The notes beneath the pieces were generated by a model that ran no database searches, had not been told where the DNA came from, and saw nothing but the letters and a program-made list of their open reading frames with translations. Of a stretch of 7,476 nt of DNA, positions 1 through 5,395 are shown one piece after another; within the stretch, counting starts at the first letter, position 1, and the number at the start of each line of letters is the position of its first letter. Source of the DNA: an uncultured archaeon (lineage in GTDB: Archaea > Iainarchaeota > Iainarchaeia > Iainarchaeales > 0-14-0-20-30-16); the NCBI GenBank assembly GCA_964595665.1, contig CAZQQS010000024.1, positions 1-7,476 of the forward strand. The letters run 5' to 3'. Position numbers and translations under genes: made by a program.

Positions 1-60
1 TATTTGTTTTAAGATCCATAAATATAATATGCGCCTACCAAAAGGGGGGTGTTTTCGGGG

Positions 61-81
61 GGGTAATTGTCCAATGCGAAA
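61..81. repeat. 21-nt motif GGGTAATTGTCCAATGCGAAA, copy 1 of 2
   Basis: Direct comparison gives 19/21 identity to 6422-6442 (GGGTACTTGTCCGATGCGAAA) in the same orientation. It has 9 G/C positions in a very AT-rich background. Confidence 0.6.
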
Positions 82-103
82 TAGAAGAATACAAGATACA
101 CCT

Positions 104-234
104 AAAAGTTAAAAAGAGAAGAAATAGGTTAAAGATATTTTGAATAGTTTGAAGTTAATTTTCTTTCTGATGTTTTATTTCTGTAGATTAAACAAGAGGA
201 GAGAAAGATTATGAGGTAGTTTTCTGTGGTTTTT
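104..234 (+). repeat. 131-nt direct repeat, copy A (possible paralogous ncRNA gene or island-boundary repeat)
   Basis: Aligns with 4574-4704. The first 57 nt are identical except one T/A change (137 vs 4607). A 12-vs-9-nt variable patch follows. Identical blocks of 28, 22 and 11 nt come next, separated by a 3-nt (CTA) indel and a 1-nt indel. Both copies end in GTGG+T5-6. The last 2 nt overlap the stop codon of the 233-1267 ORF. Confidence 0.85.
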
Positions 235-1267
235 AATTATAATTAATAACTTTCTGTAGTAATTTCTTTGTTTCTTCATTATCTATGAAATCCATTAGAT
301 TAAACTGTTCATAGAATCTATCCATAGAATCATCAAATCTTTCTTTGATTTCGTTTATTTCAAAGACAGTGTTTGTAGATAATTCTTCTAAGTTTAGGTT
401 GTTTTCAATATAATATTGTTTCATGTCGTTTATACAATTGTGAATGGCGATATAATCCCAGAAAGCACTGTATGCCTCTACAAACAAATTTTGTAGTTTG
501 TAATCTTTGTTTTTATTATACATTTTTGTGAAATATATTACAAAATCATAAAAACTATTTATTATATTATAATTGTCTTTAAAGTAAGGTCTTAATTTAG
601 TTAATGTTCTAATATTCTTTTCTACGAAATTAAAATCTTTTGCATATATCTTTTCTAATATTTCATCGGCTAATTTATATAATGGATTTTCATCGTGTTG
701 TTCTTTCTTTAATGTTTTTGCAGATTTAAGTTCTGATTTTGATGCAATATTATCATTAATTATTGTATATATATCTGATAATTTATCTTGATAATAATTT
801 AAATTTACTTTATTTGAATAATCATTATCTGGATTATAAGCTAAGGGAGTAATTTGTCCATATTTATACCACATTACTGGAAGGCCTAATCCCAATTTAT
901 TATTTATTTTTACAACAATTTTTTGCATTTGAACTTTTCCGGGTTTTTGTTGAATTGTAGATAATAAATAATTTTCAACTATTGAAAATAAATTATAGAT
1001 TCTATCTTTATGTTCTTGTATAAGTTTAAAATTAAAATAAGTATCACTAATTTGATCTTGTCTGAGATTTAGAAATGCCTCTGATAGTGAATAATATTTT
1101 TCATCAGAAATCATTTGTTTTACAACAACTCCGTCATCAACTAAATTCAAGATTATTCTATTGACTGTTTCTTTTGGAATTTTTTGTCTCTCTGAAATTA
1201 ATTCTATTGTTGATTTAGAATTTTGAGTTAAATCTAAAACGATTTTACTAAAATTACCTACGCCCAT
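233..1267 (-). CDS. Winged-helix (MarR/ArsR-like) N-terminal domain protein with a large uncharacterised C-terminal region; possible Panacea/DUF4065-like middle segment
   Basis: 344-aa ORF. Residues about 15-60 (STIELISERQKIPKETVNRIILNLVDDGVVVKQ) have a typical wHTH pattern. KVQMQKIVV...MWYKYGQITPLAY loosely resembles the remembered Panacea pattern KLQKLLY...W.hGPVvPsvY. The rest is unrecognised. Confidence 0.6.
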   Translation of the reverse strand: MGVGNFSKIVLDLTQNSKSTIELISERQKIPKETVNRIILNLVDDGVVVKQMISDEKYYSLSEAFLNLRQDQISDTYFNFKLIQEHKDRIYNLFSIVENYLLSTIQQKPGKVQMQKIVVKINNKLGLGLPVMWYKYGQITPLAYNPDNDYSNKVNLNYYQDKLSDIYTIINDNIASKSELKSAKTLKKEQHDENPLYKLADEILEKIYAKDFNFVEKNIRTLTKLRPYFKDNYNIINSFYDFVIYFTKMYNKNKDYKLQNLFVEAYSAFWDYIAIHNCINDMKQYYIENNLNLEELSTNTVFEINEIKERFDDSMDRFYEQFNLMDFIDNEETKKLLQKVINYN

Positions 1268-1366
1268 TTTTTCCCCTTTTATGTTTAAATTTAAGTTTAA
1301 GTGTAATACACTATTAATATTATGTCCTAACTTATATATAAAGGTTTTTGTTAATTTTCCAAACTT

Positions 1367-1384
1367 TACGTGGTTTTACACGTA
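1367..1384. promoter_or_regulatory. Inverted repeat TACGTG-N6-CACGTA in the divergent intergenic region (candidate operator)
   Basis: Perfect 6-bp arms (1367-1372 and 1379-1384), relatively GC-rich. It lies between the minus-directed and plus-directed TATA-like boxes of the wHTH and PIN genes. Confidence 0.35.
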
Positions 1385-1396
1385 TCTTAACATCCA

Positions 1397-1414
1397 CCGA
1401 AAAGTATATATATA
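1397..1414 (+). promoter_or_regulatory. Archaeal-type BRE/TATA (CCGAAAAG TATATATATA) for the PIN gene
   Basis: The TATA starts 46 nt upstream of ATG 1451. The 4823 gene has nearly the same architecture (GCGAAAA TATATACT, 42 nt upstream). Confidence 0.45.
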
Positions 1415-1450
1415 AGTTAAGCACTATTATACATACAAACCTAAATATTA

Positions 1451-2026
1451 ATGGTGGTCAATATCGATGAAGAAAAACAGCAAGTGCTTGATTATTTAGC
1501 GACGGGGTCTCAAATTGTCATGGATACTAATATGTACATCTATTATTACGAATATCAAATGAATATAGTTCCACAAAAACAATGCCAAGACAAAATAACT
1601 AAAGAATCTGTTATTATCATATTTAATTACTTTATAAAAAACAAGATCCCTATTTGTCTGCCTAAGATTATTTATGATGAAGTTAGAAAAGTTATGTCCA
1701 GAAAAAGGGCCGAAGCACTAGAAAAAGGCAAGGATCTATATCAATATAATGAAGACATACTTTATTGGGGATTAACACTGTGTAAGGATTTAGACGAAGA
1801 CTTTGAATCAAAAAACCGAAAACTTGCAAATGATATATTTTTTGATCAATCAAATGACTTTTTAATATACATTTACTGCAAAGAAAAAAATAAAGAAATG
1901 ATAATTACTGAAAACACAGATGATTTTGATGAATGTGAAATACGGTATGATGCACAAATTAATAAAAATCAAACAAAAATTAAAATTTTAAGTATCGCAC
2001 AATGCGCAGATATAATTAATTCGTAA
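1451..2026 (+). CDS. PIN-domain-like nuclease (VapC-like fold)
   Basis: 191-aa ORF. The acidic residues are spaced as in PIN domains: IVMDTNMYIYY (D25), IYDEV, SNDFLIYIY, and a C-terminal IITENTDDFDE that resembles the T-x-D-x-DF signature. Confidence 0.6.
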   Translation: MVVNIDEEKQQVLDYLATGSQIVMDTNMYIYYYEYQMNIVPQKQCQDKITKESVIIIFNYFIKNKIPICLPKIIYDEVRKVMSRKRAEALEKGKDLYQYNEDILYWGLTLCKDLDEDFESKNRKLANDIFFDQSNDFLIYIYCKEKNKEMIITENTDDFDECEIRYDAQINKNQTKIKILSIAQCADIINS

Positions 2027-2039
2027 AGAAGGCGAAATA

Positions 2040-2213
2040 ATGGGTGCGAAAGCAATAATTTTAGGGATTTTTGCAGTATTAATTGCATTAACTTTTGTTT
2101 TTTATTTTATAAACTCCGGAGATCCAAATATGCGTTCAGCAGGATGGACCGTATTAGGGGGGTTTATAGTTGCAGGAATTATAGGGACAGTAATTGCAGT
2201 TGCAAGAAGATGA
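2040..2213 (+). CDS. Small (57 aa) two-transmembrane-helix peptide, not in the supplied ORF track
   Basis: My translation is MGAKAIILGIFAVLIALTFVFYFINSGDPNMRSAGWTVLGGFIVAGIIGTVIAVARR*. There are two hydrophobic helices separated by a polar loop, and an RR C-terminus. The ATG is 13 nt after the PIN stop and is preceded by GAAGG. Local GC is higher than in the surrounding non-coding DNA. Confidence 0.55.
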   Translation: MGAKAIILGIFAVLIALTFVFYFINSGDPNMRSAGWTVLGGFIVAGIIGTVIAVARR

Positions 2214-2230
2214 TTATTCAATAATCATCT
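2208..2230. terminator. Perfect palindrome AGATGATTATT-C-AATAATCATCT followed by T6; candidate bidirectional terminator
   Basis: The 11-nt arms are exactly complementary. The hairpin contains the stop codons of both convergent ORFs (TGA 2211-2213 and TAA complement 2214-2216). A T-run lies at 2232-2237. Confidence 0.5.
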
Positions 2231-2600
2231 CTTTTTTCCCATCTTTAATTCCATTAAAGATGAGATTATACTCATTTCCAGTTAATTCTACAAGGTTTTG
2301 GTATTTATTGTCTTCCTTAAGTAAAGTAAACTTATCTTGTAATTGCTTAGCAATTAATCCTTTTTGAGATAATAATACTTGTTTTAATTTAACTTGATAA
2401 GGATATTTCTTTTTCCAATTATTAAATTCATCATTAACTAGTTTTTCTGCTTCAAATATTCCAAAGACTATTCCTTGTCCGTAATAAATTATTATATCTC
2501 CAGGAGTTATTAAATCTCTTTCATCTTCAGACATAAAACCACAATACTCTTTGGTTTTCATGTAAGATTCCCAAGAGTGGTTGATTAGGTAGTGTTTCAT
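2214..2600 (-). CDS. EVE/PUA-like (ASCH-superfamily, archaeal UPF0310-like) small protein
   Basis: 128-aa ORF. KHYLINHSWESY...GF...ITPGDIIIYYGQGIVFGIFEAE...YPYQVKLK matches the remembered EVE pattern (YWL..s..nW....g.wG....l..vkpGD.v.fY....ivGi.ev...w...v.v). The start is 2 nt after the upstream gene's stop. Confidence 0.5.
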   Translation of the reverse strand: MKHYLINHSWESYMKTKEYCGFMSEDERDLITPGDIIIYYGQGIVFGIFEAEKLVNDEFNNWKKKYPYQVKLKQVLLSQKGLIAKQLQDKFTLLKEDNKYQNLVELTGNEYNLIFNGIKDGKKEMIIE

Positions 2601-2602
2601 AT

Positions 2603-3853
2603 TTATTCTCTTTTTATTTCTTTCAATCTCTTCAAGAATATAGTCTGATAAGACTCACTAACTTTTAAAATCCATTTAAAATATTCTGGCCATTTGTCTT
2701 CTTTTTCCATATCTGCAGAAATTTGGTCACTAATTATTGCTCCTTTAAGTTCTGGTTTATCATCCCATTTTAAAGATTTGCCGTATTCTTTTTCAATAGC
2801 CTCTTTATCTTCATATATTGAATTGTATGCTTCTTTATTGAAAAAATATAAATCTGCAGCGATGATGTTTTTCTTACGATTAATTTTTATCGCAATTCCT
2901 GCATTTGAGTTGCCTATTGCTATTGAATAATATGAGGGAGTTGTTGGCTGTGCTCTACCCAATCTTAATTTACTATTTTGTTCTTTTGCATAAATAATAA
3001 ATTGATTAATAAATTCAATATTTTGTAATGCTGTAGTTGATAATTCTTTACTGTACATTGTATTCCTAATAACTTTGGCCCAATCGTTAGGTTTAGATAT
3101 AATTTGAAATTTTGGGGCGCAAGGACTATCTCCAATTTGCCAAAGTTCTATTTTAATTAAAAAGAAGTTTATATTTTCACTACTGTGTTCATTTAACCAA
3201 TCTATTGCTCTTTGATGTTCTTCTCTTATATCTTTTACTACCCAAATTATTATTTCTGCGTCATATCCTGAAGCGTAAGTAACTATTTTTCCTAAATGGT
3301 CATGATCTGTTGTTTCAAGTTGATTTTCAATAATTATTATTTTTCCTTTAGTAGATAATACTTTCTTAATGAAATTATCCTTTCCATTAAAATAAATGCC
3401 ATCTCCTTCTTGGTCTATAGTTTTCTTTTTGGTTTTTTTGTTAATATAAATAAATCTTTTAATTAGTCCTTTTTTTACTCCAAGACCTGTTTTCTTAAAG
3501 AATATTGTTTGTGTAGTAAACCCTAGTGTTGATTTTTTTGTTTCTTTTAGATATGCTATCATAGATTCAATTAGAAGCTTTCCGTAGTTTTTTCCTTTTT
3601 CAATAGCAATTACGCTACAAATTCCAAATATCTTGTATTTTTTGTTTAGATAGTTTATAGTTATTGGTTGTAGAACAAGAAAAGCTTTTATTTTTGATTT
3701 TTTCTTTACAAACATAACAACAGAACTAAGAGGATAGTCTTTTTTCCAGTTTTTTGTTGCTGTTTTTCCAAAATTAGTAATTCTGCCTCTATTCATTAGA
3801 GTCATTTCTTTTGTAGATAAATCTTTTAGTTTTTTATGTTCTGTAGTTATCAT
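2603..3853 (-). CDS. Fusion protein: N-terminal GNAT acetyltransferase + PD-(D/E)xK-nuclease remnant + DUF4268-like C-terminal domain
   Basis: 416-aa ORF. GNAT motif A is ICSVIAIEKGKNYGKLLIESMIAYL, followed by FFKKTGLG. A K-rich linker follows (INKKTKKKT). Next comes IIIIENQLETTDHDHLGKIVTYASGYDAEIIIWVV...AIDWLNE...NFFLIKIELWQIGDSPCAPKF...KPNDW, the conserved core I recall from nuclease-DUF4268 proteins. The tail is DUF4268-like (LKWDD...KGAIIS...DKWPEYFKW). Confidence 0.6.
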   Translation of the reverse strand: MITTEHKKLKDLSTKEMTLMNRGRITNFGKTATKNWKKDYPLSSVVMFVKKKSKIKAFLVLQPITINYLNKKYKIFGICSVIAIEKGKNYGKLLIESMIAYLKETKKSTLGFTTQTIFFKKTGLGVKKGLIKRFIYINKKTKKKTIDQEGDGIYFNGKDNFIKKVLSTKGKIIIIENQLETTDHDHLGKIVTYASGYDAEIIIWVVKDIREEHQRAIDWLNEHSSENINFFLIKIELWQIGDSPCAPKFQIISKPNDWAKVIRNTMYSKELSTTALQNIEFINQFIIYAKEQNSKLRLGRAQPTTPSYYSIAIGNSNAGIAIKINRKKNIIAADLYFFNKEAYNSIYEDKEAIEKEYGKSLKWDDKPELKGAIISDQISADMEKEDKWPEYFKWILKVSESYQTIFLKRLKEIKRE

Positions 3854-3866
3854 AATATCTTATGTT

Positions 3867-4370
3867 TTAAATCTTTTTCATAATCTTTGTCATAAACTTG
3901 CTTTTAAGTTTTTGATATAGATGCCCGTCATCTTTACAATGTTTAACTGCGTTTTTCTTAATTAGTATATATTCATCACAATCGGCTTTATTATTTATTA
4001 AATAATCTCTAAATTTAACTCTTTTATCAAAAGTCTTTTGACTTGTAGTAAGATGGATATGTATGAATCGTTCTCCATTTTTAGATTTATATTTCTTTAG
4101 TAGAAATACTCTTTCTTCATCATCATGTCTGCTTCTTAATTCATATTTGTGTTTAACAAGTAAATTTATTACTGGATTTAATTGTGATTTTTTTATTTTT
4201 ATAATAATATCAATAACCCCTTTGCCTCCAAGGCCTGGAACAGCAGTACTGCCAAAATGTTCTATTTTTGGGTTATATTTTTTTAGAACTGGAATTAATT
4301 TCTTTAATTCCAAAGAATATTGTTTTTTATAGTTTGGATTATATTCTTCAAATTTATATTTGCTTGCCAT
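3867..4370 (-). CDS. grpB: GrpB-family (UPF0157) nucleotidyltransferase-fold protein
   Basis: 167-aa ORF. IEHFGSTAVPGLGGKGVIDIII matches the GrpB signature (iEHiGSTsVPGl.aKpiIDI). It also has FIHIHL and FRDYLINNKADCDEYILIKK (FRDyL..hp....eY..lK). Confidence 0.75.
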   Translation of the reverse strand: MASKYKFEEYNPNYKKQYSLELKKLIPVLKKYNPKIEHFGSTAVPGLGGKGVIDIIIKIKKSQLNPVINLLVKHKYELRSRHDDEERVFLLKKYKSKNGERFIHIHLTTSQKTFDKRVKFRDYLINNKADCDEYILIKKNAVKHCKDDGHLYQKLKSKFMTKIMKKI

Positions 4371-4391
4371 ATTAAATATTATTATACATAA

Positions 4392-4401
4392 TATTTAAAT
4401 A
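4392..4401 (-). promoter_or_regulatory. TATA-like box TATTTAAATA for the GrpB operon
   Basis: Palindromic A/T box about 31 nt upstream of ATG 4370 on the minus strand. This is consistent with a leaderless or short-leader archaeal transcript. Confidence 0.35.
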
Positions 4402-4573
4402 CTTACTAAAAGTTATTAATTACCGGTTTTATGTTTTAAGTTAATTGGTTTTTTTGGAAAAATATAGAGTATTTTTTTGGTTTTTTGGTTATTTACAGAT
4501 AGATATAAGATATAATTAATATGAAAGTTTAGATTTTAGATAATTAACAAAACAGAGACTCCTCCCCCAAAAG

Positions 4574-4704
4574 AAAAGTTAAAAAGAGAAGAAATAGGTT
4601 AAAGATAATTTGAATAGTTTGAAGTTAATTATTTGGTAGTTTTATTTCTGTAGATTAAACAAGAGGACTAGAGAAAGATTATGAGGTAGTTTCTGTGGTT
4701 TTTT
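4574..4704 (+). repeat. 131-nt direct repeat, copy B
   Basis: See copy A (104-234). It lies in the divergent intergenic region between grpB (-) and the 4823 gene (+), upstream of that gene's own BRE/TATA. Confidence 0.85.
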
Positions 4705-4773
4705 GTAAAAACTCAACTTTTTCTCCAAAATTGCCAATTTCACAAAATTTGAGGGTTTTTTATTTGTTTTGTT

Positions 4774-4788
4774 GCGAAAATATATACT
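4774..4788 (+). promoter_or_regulatory. Archaeal-type BRE/TATA (GCGAAAA TATATACT) for the candidate nuclease gene
   Basis: 42 nt upstream of ATG 4823. It is nearly the same element as the one upstream of the PIN gene. Confidence 0.45.
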
Positions 4789-4822
4789 TAAAATAGATTC
4801 CTAAAAAAATTTGTGAAAATAA

Positions 4823-5395
4823 ATGAAAATTAAAGACGTAAAAACTGCATTTAAAGTTGCAGATGTTGTATTAGATAAAGAACATGAAAAACGCAAAATA
4901 AAATTTGTATTTCTCACAGAAATAATTGATGAGCACAATACTAAAATTAATAATAATATTTTAACCGATAATTCTGGAAGAATTTATATAATTGTATCTA
5001 ATGGGATAATAAAAAAAATTGGCGGCTCCCAATCTAAAGGTGGAATAAAATCTACTATGTCTTTTTATCAAGGGGGAATGCAAGGCGGACCAAGTATAAG
5101 AACTTATGGAGTACATATTTTAATAAAAGAAGAACTAGAACAAAATAATAACGTTGAAATTTATATGATTACTTCTGAAAAAACCATGATGAAAGTAAAA
5201 GGACTTTTTGATGAAAAAGAAATAGAAGTTGCTGCATTTAAAGACATGGAAGACCGATGTAAAACTGATTATAAAAATGTTGAAGGAAAGTATCCACCTT
5301 GGAATTTCCAAGAAAATGGTGAAATTTGGCGTGCTGATATTTTAAGAGGCCACAACCTACATGACAAACAAAGAAAAAGTTTGCAGTATAATTAA
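4823..5395 (+). CDS. Candidate type II restriction endonuclease with a GIY-YIG-like motif
   Basis: 190-aa ORF, convergent with a Dam-class methyltransferase and overlapping it by 4 nt. GRIYIIVSNGIIKKIGG (res 52-68) resembles GIY-x10-YIG with Lys replacing the second Tyr. I recall this variant from R.Hpy188I but cannot verify it here. SIRTYGVH lies downstream. No PD-(D/E)xK motif is evident. Confidence 0.45.
   Translation: MKIKDVKTAFKVADVVLDKEHEKRKIKFVFLTEIIDEHNTKINNNILTDNSGRIYIIVSNGIIKKIGGSQSKGGIKSTMSFYQGGMQGGPSIRTYGVHILIKEELEQNNNVEIYMITSEKTMMKVKGLFDEKEIEVAAFKDMEDRCKTDYKNVEGKYPPWNFQENGEIWRADILRGHNLHDKQRKSLQYN

Noticed and set aside
1-19. Possible minus-strand gene start (ATGGATCTTAAAACAAATA, MDLKTN...) leaving the window
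   Set aside because: Only 6 codons are visible and no well-placed TATA box is seen. It cannot be supported as a feature and is used only as context for the 21-nt motif.
30-100. Possible tRNA gene or tRNA 3' fragment serving as an att site near the left repeat
   Set aside because: There is no T-loop (GGTTCGAATCC-like) sequence, no acceptor or anticodon stem complementarity, and no cloverleaf on either strand.
211-219. Mini-ORF ATG AGG TAG inside both 131-nt repeat copies, preceded by AAGAGGAG in copy A
   Set aside because: It has only two codons. The SD-like GAGGAG is disrupted by the CTA insertion in copy B. There is no evidence that it is more than coincidence.
104-234. Possibility that the 131-nt repeat is a MITE or IS end, a C/D-box sRNA or a CRISPR-type array
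   Set aside because: The ends show no convincing terminal inverted repeats (AAAAGTTAAAAAGAG vs AAAAACCACAGAAAAC). The only CTGA/TGATG-like box lies in the patch that differs between copies. There is no regular repeat-spacer periodicity anywhere in the window, and no transposase is present.
2694-2930. 78-aa plus-strand ORF from the six-frame track
   Set aside because: It lies entirely antisense within the well-supported GNAT/DUF4268 gene. The sequence is low-complexity and Ser/Ile/Leu/Phe-rich, as expected from reading an AT-rich gene backwards. It has no promoter or recognisable motif.
4063-4332. 89-aa plus-strand ORF from the six-frame track
   Set aside because: It is antisense inside the GrpB gene, whose signature motifs are clear. 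The composition (Phe/Leu/Ser/Ile-rich) is typical of a shadow ORF.
4449-4486. Cluster of T7, T7 and T6 runs each abutting GG on the plus strand (GGTTTTTTTGG ... TTTTTTTGGTTTTTTGG)
   Set aside because: They resemble archaeal oligo-T terminators and echo the GTGGTTTTT end of the 131-nt repeat. No plus-strand transcription unit lies upstream to terminate. This is most simply AT-rich intergenic low-complexity sequence upstream of the GrpB promoter.
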